A stretch of DNA of 64,000 bases from Candidatus Sumerlaeaceae bacterium (GTDB lineage Bacteria; Sumerlaeota; Sumerlaeia; Sumerlaeales; Sumerlaeaceae). This document shows positions 30,193 through 39,470 of the stretch, piece by piece. A program made the position numbers and the translations under genes. The notes beneath the pieces were generated by a model. That model saw nothing but the letters and a program-made list of their open reading frames with translations. It did no database searches and was not told the DNA's origin. The stretch lies in the NCBI GenBank assembly GCA_051003195.1, contig JBPCLP010000013.1, forward strand, positions 32,001-96,000. The letters are read 5' to 3'. How positions within the stretch are numbered: the stretch's first letter is position 1; the number at the start of each line of letters is the position of its first letter.

Positions 30193-31101
30193 TTAGAACC
30201 GAATTCTCGTAAACGGGATCTGACGCACGGTGATGGTGGCCCACACGATACCGGCCAGCAGCCCGCCAGCGTGCGCGTAGTTGGCGATAGGTCCGACCCA
30301 ACCTGTGAAACAAAGGAAAAACCAGGCGATCATTAAAATGACCGTTTCCCGGTCCAGGACATATGCGCGCCGGGGGTCATGCTTCGCACAAATCCAGATG
30401 TAACCGAACAGCCCATAAACCGCGCCGGACATTCCCAGAAACAGGGGACTGCCGCCCAGCCAGTACTGCAGCACGTTTCCCACAATGCCGTATATCAGCA
30501 CCTGCAGCCCGAAGTTGAGGCTACCTTCATTATTTTCGATCGTGCCGCCGAGTTGGCGCAGCCATATCACGTTAAAGAGGAGATGCAGCGGTCCGCCATG
30601 CAGAAGAGCGGGAGTAAACAAACGCCAGAGCTGACCGTGTGTGATCTCGTGCAACGGATTGCCGGCCGCCAGGCTTTGCGGTGTCGTAAACATGAGCGCT
30701 TCGCGAAAGATCGCCCTGGCGGCAACGAAATCGTAAACATACAGTGCGACGCAGATGAACATGAGTCCCATCGTGAGCGGGCCCATGGCTGCCGAATGGA
30801 AGATTCCCCACAGGCTGCGAGCGTCGATGATTTCTGAACGAGACCGCTTGTTCGCTGCACGTTCCTGCTTCTCAATCCTTGTTGCGACCTTGACGCCCTC
30901 ATCGTAGCGGGAGTTTCCGGAGTCCGCAAGGAAATGCTGTAATTCCGAGGTGGCCTGCGTCAGCTGCAAGTCGCTGTGTACCCAGATTTCGAACGTGCTG
31001 TCGCGCGCCGGATCAGCTTGTGCTGCGATGCCTGAGGCAATCAAATAAGCGCTGAAGCGCCGGGCGTCGATCTCCGATGCCACATTTCCAATTTTACGCA
31101 T
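30193..31101 (-). CDS. rhomboid intramembrane serine protease (GlpG-like, with N-terminal domain)
   Basis: WRLFTP..LH, HLLFN, GMSG, AHAGG. Confidence 0.92.
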   Translation of the reverse strand: MRKIGNVASEIDARRFSAYLIASGIAAQADPARDSTFEIWVHSDLQLTQATSELQHFLADSGNSRYDEGVKVATRIEKQERAANKRSRSEIIDARSLWGIFHSAAMGPLTMGLMFICVALYVYDFVAARAIFREALMFTTPQSLAAGNPLHEITHGQLWRLFTPALLHGGPLHLLFNVIWLRQLGGTIENNEGSLNFGLQVLIYGIVGNVLQYWLGGSPLFLGMSGAVYGLFGYIWICAKHDPRRAYVLDRETVILMIAWFFLCFTGWVGPIANYAHAGGLLAGIVWATITVRQIPFTRIRF

Positions 31102-31151
31102 GCTTGATGCTGGCAATCAGGGGCGGAGCACTGCAACAGCGAAAACGCGCA

Positions 31152-32285
31152 TTACGGGTGAATCAGCCACGTCGGCTCTGCCGCCGTCACGCCCAGGGGA
31201 ATAGGCAGTGCAGGTGCAGCCTGCGCGCGAATGCCCAGGGTTGCCCATGCGGGCTTGGCCGAGTTGCCGTTGGTCTGGCTTGTGCGAACACCGAGATAGT
31301 TGCTCCAACTGGATGCAGCGTACCCGGCCTCGCACGGATTACCGGAGCCCGGAGTCAGGTCGCGGAACGCAAACCAGAAAATGGGCCCGAGTTTCAGGGT
31401 GCTGCGTTGTGCCTCGACGCGCGTGATCGTCTCACTCAGGTAGTTATCCTGCGTCGCCAGGCTTACGGCGGGATGGCTACTGGTGGTGCCGCCGGTCGGC
31501 CAGCCAAATTCCGTTGTCCATATTTCTGCGGAGCTGCCTGCCGCATTCAGTGTGTTGCGCATGATGGTGAGGTGGTTTTGGATGTCGGAGGGCAGCGTCG
31601 GATACGAATGTGCGCCAAGCGCGTTAAATGCCGCCACCGAACCGCTTTGCGCGAGTACCTGCTGCAAGAAGGTGACACCGCCATTTGTGTTTGCATCCGC
31701 GCCTCGCAACGCCAGACCGGCAAAGACGATGCATGCCGCGCCATCCGCCGATCGAACGGCTGCTTTCGTGCGGGTCAGGAGAGTCAGGTATTGCGTCGGG
31801 CTCGTCGGTAAGCCGCCCCAATTCGAACTGAGGTTCGGCTCGTTCCAGACTTCCCAGGCGCGAAGCGGAAGATACGGGATATCGGTACGGAGTGTGCCAC
31901 CCGGATACCAGAAAGATCCGCCGGGTCCATAACGCAACACCATGTTGCGTGAAAATTGCTCGAAGGTTGTAAGCTGCGCCTCGGTCGTGGGTGGCGCGAC
32001 GTATGTATGCAGGATTGGCAGAATCTGGACTCCGGCCTGCGCGGCACGCAGCACGGTATCATCCAGCGAGGCTGCTTCTTCTTCGTTGAAGCCGGTACGG
32101 AAGAACTTCACGTTATTTGTGCCCAGCGCCTGGTAGTCTGAGGTCGCCATGCACGGCCCCCGCTCCCATGCATTCACGCCAATTGCGGGAACGTGCGTGA
32201 GTGGATCATATGCCTGCCCCGACGTCGCTTGAAACGTGCAGAGCAATAGTACAACTGCAGAAAGTTTCACTTTAAACATCCCCAT
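31152..32285 (-). CDS. exported clan-A glycoside hydrolase (GH39/GH5-like)
   Basis: Signal peptide; WEVWNEPN acid/base, AHSY, IWTTEFGW nucleophile; start 32285 or 32279. Confidence 0.8.
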   Translation of the reverse strand: MGMFKVKLSAVVLLLCTFQATSGQAYDPLTHVPAIGVNAWERGPCMATSDYQALGTNNVKFFRTGFNEEEAASLDDTVLRAAQAGVQILPILHTYVAPPTTEAQLTTFEQFSRNMVLRYGPGGSFWYPGGTLRTDIPYLPLRAWEVWNEPNLSSNWGGLPTSPTQYLTLLTRTKAAVRSADGAACIVFAGLALRGADANTNGGVTFLQQVLAQSGSVAAFNALGAHSYPTLPSDIQNHLTIMRNTLNAAGSSAEIWTTEFGWPTGGTTSSHPAVSLATQDNYLSETITRVEAQRSTLKLGPIFWFAFRDLTPGSGNPCEAGYAASSWSNYLGVRTSQTNGNSAKPAWATLGIRAQAAPALPIPLGVTAAEPTWLIHP

Positions 32286-32406
32286 CTGTTTGTGCAACGA
32301 ACTGGGAAACGCGGGCGGTGTAAAGCATGAAAGCTGCAAAGCCATCCCCAGCGATGGCACACAGATACCGTCTTGACTGAAAAGCCAGGCTGTGGATGCT
32401 GTACTC

Positions 32407-33645
32407 ATGATAACGCTGGAACCACTTTCCACGGTCGCATCCGCAGTCGAAATTCGACGTCACTTTCCTGCGCTGGAGCGTACCGTGGCCGGCCAGTCAG
32501 TCGCTTACTTTGACGGGCCTGGTGGCACACAGGTGCCGCGCGTTGTTGGCAACGCCATGCTCGACTACATGTACCATCACAACGCGAATACGCACTGGAA
32601 CTACCCGTCCAGCGCCGAGACGGACCAGGCGCTGATGAGTGCTCGGCAGGCGATGGCCGATTTTGTCAATGCCACACCGGATGAGATCGCTTTTGGCGCC
32701 AATATGACGACGCTGACATTCCACATTTCCCGCGCGTTGAGCCGGGAATGGGGCCCTGGTGATGAGGTGGTTGTAACTGAGCTGGACCATCATGCCAACG
32801 TTGACCCCTGGCAGCGGCTGGCAGCGGAGCGCGGGGTAATCGTTCACAAGGCAAAAATGCTGGCGGACACAGGGCAGCTTGACTGGGCGGATCTTGAGCG
32901 ACTAGTCACCCCACGCACAAGGCTGCTGGCGCTGGGCGGTGCATCTAATGCGCTCGGCACGATCAACGATTTGCCGCGCGCTGCAAGTCTTGCACACTCC
33001 GTCGGTGCGTTGGTCTTCGTGGATGCAGTCCATTACGCGCCCCACGCGCTGGTCGATGTGCGAGCCCTCGACTGCGACTTACTGTGTTGCTCGGCCTACA
33101 AATTCTACGGCCCGCATATCGCAATGATGTACGGGCGGCGCGAAGTATTCGAGAAGATCGATTTCCCAAAGCTGCTTCCTGCGCCATCGGTTGTACCGGA
33201 AATTGCCGAGACAGGGACGCTGAACCACGAAGGCATTGTTGGTGCGGCTGCCGCCGTTGATTTTCTCGCGTCGCTTGGGCAGGGCATCACCAGACGCACA
33301 CGGCTTCAGGTTGCTTTCGGTGAGTTGCACCAGCGCGGCGTTGATCTGCTCACGCAACTCTGGCAGGGTCTGTCCGGCATTGAGAACGTACGGCTATTTG
33401 GTCCCGATCCATCGCAACCGCGTACGCCGACGGTAGCGTTCATTGTAGCAGGTCTCACATCCGCAGAAGTGAGCAGCTACCTTTCACGCAAGGGGCTGTT
33501 TTTGTCCCACGGTGACTTCTACGCTCAAACTGTAATTGATCGCCTTGGCCAGCAACCTGGAGGAATCGTGCGCGCAGGCTGCGCATGTTACGCCACCAGT
33601 GAGGAAGTGGATCGTCTTATCGCCGGTGTCCGGGAACTCGGGTAG
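32407..33645 (+). CDS. cysteine desulfurase-like class V aminotransferase
   Basis: YFDGPGGTQVP, LDHHAN, DAVH, SAYKFYGPH, ETGT. Confidence 0.92.
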   Translation: MITLEPLSTVASAVEIRRHFPALERTVAGQSVAYFDGPGGTQVPRVVGNAMLDYMYHHNANTHWNYPSSAETDQALMSARQAMADFVNATPDEIAFGANMTTLTFHISRALSREWGPGDEVVVTELDHHANVDPWQRLAAERGVIVHKAKMLADTGQLDWADLERLVTPRTRLLALGGASNALGTINDLPRAASLAHSVGALVFVDAVHYAPHALVDVRALDCDLLCCSAYKFYGPHIAMMYGRREVFEKIDFPKLLPAPSVVPEIAETGTLNHEGIVGAAAAVDFLASLGQGITRRTRLQVAFGELHQRGVDLLTQLWQGLSGIENVRLFGPDPSQPRTPTVAFIVAGLTSAEVSSYLSRKGLFLSHGDFYAQTVIDRLGQQPGGIVRAGCACYATSEEVDRLIAGVRELG

Positions 33646-33648
33646 CGA

Positions 33649-33993
33649 TCAGTCCACTTGCCACCCGGTAACCGCCACTGGGACCGGCTGAACAAACGTA
33701 AGCTTTATTGCGTCCATGCTGAAGCGTTCCGTGGAACTCGAAGTCGGGTAGTTATTTGTGATACGAATCGTTCCACTCGTGCCGGCGGCAAATTTCAGGC
33801 TGCTGCCGATCAGGTACCATTGATCCGGCAGCCCTGTGTTCTGATAACTCAGCGAGAACGTGCCGGTTGCGACTCCGCCGTCGTGGGTTATCGTGTACAC
33901 GGCGCCGGGTGAGTGGTTGTTCGGACCTTTGGTTGCGCTGGGCAACGTGATGTAAACGTTGTAGAACCCACGTGCCTTGAAACATTGAATGCA
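33649..33993 (-). pseudogene. 5'-truncated golvesin/Xly-CBD-like domain fragment
   Basis: Frame reads GFYNVYITLP...AVYTITH...QWYLIG...MDAIKL; in-frame TAA at 33994-33996 just upstream; no start codon before the domain and no signal peptide. Confidence 0.55.
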
Positions 33994-34100
33994 TTAGCAG
34001 CGTGCGCAAACTCCGCATCAGTTCGCCCTTTCGAATCGGCACATCTGCCTACTGGCCGAACTTAATGAAATTCAAACGGGAAAAAGCCCAGCGCCTGACT

Positions 34101-35009
34101 CTAAGGAACGATTTGCGTTCCGATGCCGTGGTCAGTGAAGAGCTCGAGCAGGAGCGAATGAGGCTGGCGTCCGTCGAGGATGTGCGTTTTTTTAGCACCC
34201 GCGGTGAGCGCGCTGAGGCAGGCGCGGACCTTCGGAATCATGCCGCCTTCAATGATGCCCTGCTGGATAAGCACTTCAACTTCGCCTTTGCGCATGGAGT
34301 TAATCAGGCTGGCGTCGTCGTTGCGATCGCGCAGGACACCTTTAACATCGGTCAGCAGGATAAACTTGTCTGCCTGCAGAGCGCCGGCAATTGCAGCGGC
34401 CGCCGTATCGGCATTGATGTTATACGTCTGGCCTGACGCGTCAACGCCCAGTGGCGAGATTACGGGGACGATGTCATTCTTCTCAAATATCCGAATGATA
34501 TCAGGCGTGATGGATTCCACTTCCCCAACAAAGCCGATGTCCGCGGGTTTGGCATCCGGCGCCGACTGATGGTAGAGTTTTTTCGCGGTAATTAGACCCA
34601 TGTCCTTACCTGTGATGCCAACTGCACGCACGCCGGCCTCGTTAAGCGCGAGCACGATTTCAGAACTAATCCTTCCGGCAAGGACCATTTGCGCGACATC
34701 CAGGGTTTCTTCGTCCGTGACCCGCTGGCCGTCGATGAAGGTCGACTGGACACCCAGCTTTTTTAAATGCGCCGTGATTTCGGGACCGCCGCCGTGCACC
34801 ACCACGGGGTTCATGCCGACGACGTGCATGAGAGCGAGGTCCTGGATGATGAGTTGCTTGAGCTCCGGGTTTACCATCGCGTGGCCGCCGTACTTGATGA
34901 CGACGGTCGCGCCGCGGAATTTGCGAATGTATGGCAGTGCCTCGACGAGCACCTGCGAGCGCTCGATCAGTTTCTCGATGGACAGTTTGCGAAGATCTTC
35001 AGAGTTCAT
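34101..35009 (-). CDS. argB: acetylglutamate kinase
   Basis: VIKYGGHAM, VHGGGP, RVTD, NINAD, LTDV, GGMIPK. Confidence 0.97.
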   Translation of the reverse strand: MNSEDLRKLSIEKLIERSQVLVEALPYIRKFRGATVVIKYGGHAMVNPELKQLIIQDLALMHVVGMNPVVVHGGGPEITAHLKKLGVQSTFIDGQRVTDEETLDVAQMVLAGRISSEIVLALNEAGVRAVGITGKDMGLITAKKLYHQSAPDAKPADIGFVGEVESITPDIIRIFEKNDIVPVISPLGVDASGQTYNINADTAAAAIAGALQADKFILLTDVKGVLRDRNDDASLINSMRKGEVEVLIQQGIIEGGMIPKVRACLSALTAGAKKTHILDGRQPHSLLLELFTDHGIGTQIVP

Positions 35010-35059
35010 GGTTCAGCCGAGTAATAAGGTATTTCCGCAGTGGCGCAAGCAGATTACAA

Positions 35060-35120
35060 GGGTGTTCATTTCTGCTGCGGGCAGCTCACCCAGGATCGCG
35101 GACACGCTGAATGAGCACCC
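35060..35120. repeat. intergenic imperfect palindrome (61 nt)
   Basis: GGGTGTTCATT ... AATGAGCACCC. Confidence 0.5.
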
Positions 35121-35180
35121 GACAGCAAACAGGTAAGCGCGGTGTGGTCCTGCAATACTGTGCAACAAGCGCCTAAGCGT

Positions 35181-36473
35181 CTACGAGTACCAGTCGATGA
35201 ACTTCTTAAAATTGTAGACCAGCTTCGAGAAGACGTTACCGTTGGAATAGTAGGACGCATTGGTTGGCTCAGCGGTGAGGCCGTGAACAACCAGGCCAAT
35301 GCCGGTGCTGTAGATGGGTGAGCTGACAATACCGCTCATTCCTTTGAGGCCCTGCGGGATGCCGACTTTCGAAGGCATTTCGAATAACCGCTCAGCCAGT
35401 TCGGCTATGCCGTGCATCAGGCTTGTGCCACCGGTGAGCACTACCCCGCCGTAGATGCGGTTGCGCACAGGTGAAGCATCCACCATCTGTTTGGCCATCA
35501 TGAAAATCTGCTCGAGGCGCGCCTCAGCGATTTCGCACAGGAAACGGCGGTTGGCTGCCACACGCGAATTTTTCAACACGTCGCTCACCTCGATGACTTC
35601 ATCCGCATCCACGCTATCGACGAGTGCACTCGCGTATTTCTTCTTCACGTTCTCAGCATCGTAGCGCGAAATCTTGAGACCGTAAGCGATGTCGTTCGTG
35701 ATGGAATCGCCGCCCAGCGGTATGACACCCGAAAACTTCACACTTCCGCCCGTGAAGACGGCGACGTCGCTGGTACCGCCGCCGATGTCGATTAGCAGAA
35801 CGCCGAGATCTTTCTCGTTCTCGCTCAGAATTGCCAGGGCACTGGCAAGTGACTCGAGAAGAATGTCCCGCGTGCGCAGGCCAGCCAGGTTGATGCAACG
35901 CACAATGTTCGATGCGGAGGTGATGGCGGCAAGCACCAGATGCACCCGCGCTTCCAGGGTCGAGCAGCTCATGCCGATCGGGTTCTTGATACCCAGCTGG
36001 CCGTCACACACGTATTCCTGCGGGATTGCATGGATAATCTCGATGTCTTTCGGCACCGTGATGTTACGTGCCTTCTCAAGCACACGCTGGCGGTCGAGCT
36101 CGTTCACGCCGCGAACAGGGTTCTGCACCTCGACAACTCCGCGGCTGTTCTGGCTGGTGATGTGTCCGCCGGCGATGCCTACAAATACCTCGCGGATTTC
36201 CACGTCGGCCATCTGCTCAGCTTTGTTCACGGCCTTCTGGATCGAGACCACGGTCTCTTCAATGTCGACGACCATGCCCTTCTTCAACCCCTGGCTTGGA
36301 TGGCTGCCGACACCGAGCACCGTGACCTGGCCATTATCATCGAGCTGGCCTATGATCGCGCAGATTTTTGTCGTGCCTATGTCCAGCCCGGAAATAAACT
36401 TCTGCCGCTTCTTGCGCATGCTCGCTGGCCGCTGCGCTCTAGCGGACGACGGCGCTGTTGGCGCTGTCGACAT
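35181..36473 (-). CDS. ftsA: cell division protein FtsA
   Basis: GLDIGTTKI, DIGGGTSD, VVLTGG, C-terminal amphipathic helix; start 36473 or 36419. Confidence 0.96.
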   Translation of the reverse strand: MSTAPTAPSSARAQRPASMRKKRQKFISGLDIGTTKICAIIGQLDDNGQVTVLGVGSHPSQGLKKGMVVDIEETVVSIQKAVNKAEQMADVEIREVFVGIAGGHITSQNSRGVVEVQNPVRGVNELDRQRVLEKARNITVPKDIEIIHAIPQEYVCDGQLGIKNPIGMSCSTLEARVHLVLAAITSASNIVRCINLAGLRTRDILLESLASALAILSENEKDLGVLLIDIGGGTSDVAVFTGGSVKFSGVIPLGGDSITNDIAYGLKISRYDAENVKKKYASALVDSVDADEVIEVSDVLKNSRVAANRRFLCEIAEARLEQIFMMAKQMVDASPVRNRIYGGVVLTGGTSLMHGIAELAERLFEMPSKVGIPQGLKGMSGIVSSPIYSTGIGLVVHGLTAEPTNASYYSNGNVFSKLVYNFKKFIDWYS

Positions 36474-37572
36474 TGTACTGTTCCACACCTGTGTTCTGTT
36501 TTCCGCTTCGAGTGTTGGGCTGGTCATCGCGTGACTTGGAAAGCGAATCGGGTGCTTTCGTTCCGCTTTGCCTGTTGTTTGAAGGTTTTTCCGACGGCAG
36601 GGATTGCGGCGGCGGTTCAACATCCACCTGCTCGAGTACGCCCGCTTCCAGGCCAACTGCGGTGTCGCGGTCCATGTGAAACACGCGATCTTTGAACCGC
36701 AGATCGACATAGTGCATCTTGTAAGGGTCCTGTCCCTTCTCTCGCACTGTGTTCGCCCACACTTCAAATGCGGGAAGCATTTCAATCGGATTGTTGTCGC
36801 CGAAGCGGACTTCCATTCCACCCAGCAGTATCGCCGTAATGCTTTCCAGGTGCGAAATCGCATCGCTGGAAATTTGCACTTCGGATAGTTTTGAGTACAG
36901 CTCGGGGTTCTTCTCTTTGACCAGGTGTGTCAAGTCCAGGGCCTTGTAAAGGTGCGGGTTGTAGATCTTTTCGCCGACCTGCACGTCATCGGCCGGAATG
37001 CCACTGATACAAGGATAATCTTTGTCTTTGATGGTGGCGTTGTTGAGACGCTCCATCACGTGACCGTCCCAATCCATGAGATATATCGCGTTACCCGCCG
37101 ATAGTAGCGCCCCCGGCTCGCGTTCAGCTGCCTGCACAACGAGCGTATCCGGGTAGACTTTTTTAAGGTCCAGTTCGCGAATTCGCGGGTGGCGTTGGAG
37201 CAATGCGGTCAGGTCCGACATGTTGACACGCAGGATGTTGCGCTTGCTTCCCTCAAGGGCAGTTTTAATCAGTTCGGAAATCTCTGCGCGCACGGGTTCA
37301 GACACGCCGGATATCTCAACTTTCCCTAATTGAAAGTAAGGCGTCCGGAGAAAAAAATCGTAGGAGGCATGGCCGACTGCCAACAGCACGAGCACAATGC
37401 CAACCGTGTAAAAAAACTGCAATAGACGTCGACGCAAGACGCGCCCTCGGCGAGAAATAAGCCGGGCGCCGGCGCGCTGCTTGAGTACCATCGGCTGTGG
37501 CCGCGGGAAATCCCCACGGTCCACCGGAGCGGCGCCTGCGGTTCTGGACTTCAAAACTTTTTTACTCCTCAC
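36439..37572 (-). CDS. ftsQ: cell division protein FtsQ/DivIB
   Basis: Single TM, POTRA-like region (KKVYPDTLVVQAAER), YVDLRF; directly upstream of ftsA. Confidence 0.85.
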   Translation of the reverse strand: MRSKKVLKSRTAGAAPVDRGDFPRPQPMVLKQRAGARLISRRGRVLRRRLLQFFYTVGIVLVLLAVGHASYDFFLRTPYFQLGKVEISGVSEPVRAEISELIKTALEGSKRNILRVNMSDLTALLQRHPRIRELDLKKVYPDTLVVQAAEREPGALLSAGNAIYLMDWDGHVMERLNNATIKDKDYPCISGIPADDVQVGEKIYNPHLYKALDLTHLVKEKNPELYSKLSEVQISSDAISHLESITAILLGGMEVRFGDNNPIEMLPAFEVWANTVREKGQDPYKMHYVDLRFKDRVFHMDRDTAVGLEAGVLEQVDVEPPPQSLPSEKPSNNRQSGTKAPDSLSKSRDDQPNTRSGKQNTGVEQYNVDSANSAVVR

Positions 37573-37575
37573 TTA

Positions 37576-37648
37576 GTGCGCAAACAGAAACCGATGATAT
37601 CTGCCGAGGTGCCGGCCGTTAGATGTCGTGCCTGCTTCATTTGCCCAC
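37576..37648. repeat. intergenic imperfect palindrome (73 nt)
   Basis: (TTA)GTGCGCAAA ... TTTGCCCAC outer stem; inner ATGATATCTG/TAGATGTCGT. Confidence 0.45.
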
Positions 37649-37689
37649 GGGTGCAGTGCCTGCGCGCGTGAGCGCCTGTTTGCAACAGC

Positions 37690-39174
37690 TTATTTGGCCG
37701 GCGAGGCAAGAGGGCTATCGGATTTTGGCGGGCGATTGAAGGCCCACTTGAGCGCCGGTGGCGTGATCATTGTGGTTACGACGACCATGATGACGGTGGC
37801 CGCAAAGGTGTTGTCGCTGATGACGGGATGGCCATCCGCTGTTTTCATGGAGCGGCCAACGGTGGCGACGATGAGACCGACTTCGCCGCGTGGCACCATG
37901 CCGATGCCAATGGCGAGACGATTCAGCCCGCCTTTCGCGCGGACGCCAAATGCGCAGATCTGTTTGCCAATAATCGCGCAAAAGGTGAGCGCGCCGGCAA
38001 ACCCAAGGATGGCTGGATTTGCGAAGTACTCCAGGTGCACATTCATTCCCGTGTAGACAAAAAACACGGGCACAAGAAAGGCAGTAATGGGCCTTAGCAG
38101 ATCTTCCAGCTGCGCCTCACGCCCGTGCCAGTCCTCGAAAGTCGCATCCTCCAGCACCAGCCCGGCAGCGAAGGCACCCACGATAGGCGCAACGCCCACA
38201 AGCGTGCCGACATAAGCTACCAGGAAGCACCACCCAAGCGTCAGCGACAGCAGTACTCCCTGCACCCGAAGGTATGTGGCCGCATGGTAGAGTCTACGTG
38301 AAACAAGTACGCCTACGACGATAGCACAGATGAAAAATCCGACCGCTTTGGCAATGATCAGGACAATTGAGCCCACGGCGAGAGTTCGGCCCTCATTGTT
38401 GGCGATCACAACGCCCTGCGCAACCGCCAGCACCACCAGTCCGAGAATATCATCGATCACTGCCGCCCCGAGGATGATCTTGGCTTCGCGACGTTCCATC
38501 TGGTGGAGATCGCGCAACACGCGCGCAGTGATGCCGACACTGGTGGCCGCCATCACGGCGCCAAGGAACAGGTGCACGGTCCATGACTCGTGGGGCAGGA
38601 ACCAGTTCCCGACGAGGAACCCCAGACCGATGGGGGCAACCACACCGAGCACAGCAACGACAAAGCTGGAAAGCCCGACCGAGACCATTTCGCGCACTGT
38701 GGATTCCAGGCCGACTTCGAACAGCAGCAGTATGACGCCGATCTCCGAGAGCACAGTGATGAAGATGAGGACTTCAGGATCGTGCAAGAGCCGGTTAAGA
38801 AAATCGCCGATACCGGGAATGTGCAGCAAGGCGAGATTGCCAAGCAGGATGCCGAAGATGAGCTCGCCGAGCACGGCAGGCTGGCCAATGCGCTCGAGGA
38901 GATCGCCGCCGAGCTTCGCGACGATCAGCATGATCAGCAGTACAAGCAGAACCTTGGGAAGCGTGTTGTGGGCTTCGCTTTGCGCCGTCTGCGTGGCTTT
39001 CACAGTGTGGGATGTGCCGCTGCCAGCTACATTCGCCTGCTCCGCGCTCGTCGAAGCAATTGTTCCAGTAGTGTGTTCGGCGACCTTTTCCGGCACCGCC
39101 CGTCCCACCCCCAGCACAAAGTATACAAGCGCGACAAATCCGGCAATAAGCAAGGCGCGGAGTTTACGGTTCAT
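37690..39174 (-). CDS. cation:proton antiporter (CPA2, NapA/KefB-like)
   Basis: GQPAVLGEL, FEVGLE, ATSVGIT, AAVIDD, GAFAAG, PRGEVG. Confidence 0.93.
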   Translation of the reverse strand: MNRKLRALLIAGFVALVYFVLGVGRAVPEKVAEHTTGTIASTSAEQANVAGSGTSHTVKATQTAQSEAHNTLPKVLLVLLIMLIVAKLGGDLLERIGQPAVLGELIFGILLGNLALLHIPGIGDFLNRLLHDPEVLIFITVLSEIGVILLLFEVGLESTVREMVSVGLSSFVVAVLGVVAPIGLGFLVGNWFLPHESWTVHLFLGAVMAATSVGITARVLRDLHQMERREAKIILGAAVIDDILGLVVLAVAQGVVIANNEGRTLAVGSIVLIIAKAVGFFICAIVVGVLVSRRLYHAATYLRVQGVLLSLTLGWCFLVAYVGTLVGVAPIVGAFAAGLVLEDATFEDWHGREAQLEDLLRPITAFLVPVFFVYTGMNVHLEYFANPAILGFAGALTFCAIIGKQICAFGVRAKGGLNRLAIGIGMVPRGEVGLIVATVGRSMKTADGHPVISDNTFAATVIMVVVTTMITPPALKWAFNRPPKSDSPLASPAK

Positions 39175-39332
39175 GTGGTTGTTCGCTCACGAGGCAAGAC
39201 TGATAAACGATACAGAACGGACGCAAGGGTTCTCGCTAGGTGCCGTCGGCAGATTGCTTACGCAGCCGCTCACAATTCTGCGGCGAATAAGCGGGTGGTA
39301 GCCTTGGTTTAATGCCTTGCGGTTTATGCAGT

Positions 39333-39417
39333 GCGGGCGTGGCGGAACTGGCAGACGCGCCAGACTTAGGATCTGGTTCCGTAAGGAGTGGGGGTTCAAG
39401 TCCCTTCGCCCGCACCA
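39333..39417 (+). tRNA. tRNA-Leu (anticodon TAG)
   Basis: GCGGGCG/CGCCCGC acceptor stem, CCAGA-CTTAGGA-TCTGG anticodon arm, long variable arm, GTTCAAGTC T-loop, encoded CCA. Confidence 0.97.
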
Positions 39418-39470
39418 ACCGCTGGATTTAACGTAAGTATCCGCGATGAAGCCAGAACTGCGACCCGCCC

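Noticed and set aside
36474..36863. Long N-terminal extension of the ftsA ORF
   Set aside because: Overlaps ftsQ in another frame; FtsA similarity starts only near MRKKRQKF
39333..39470. tRNA-Leu as an island integration site
   Set aside because: No integrase and no duplicate of the tRNA 3' end noticed in the window
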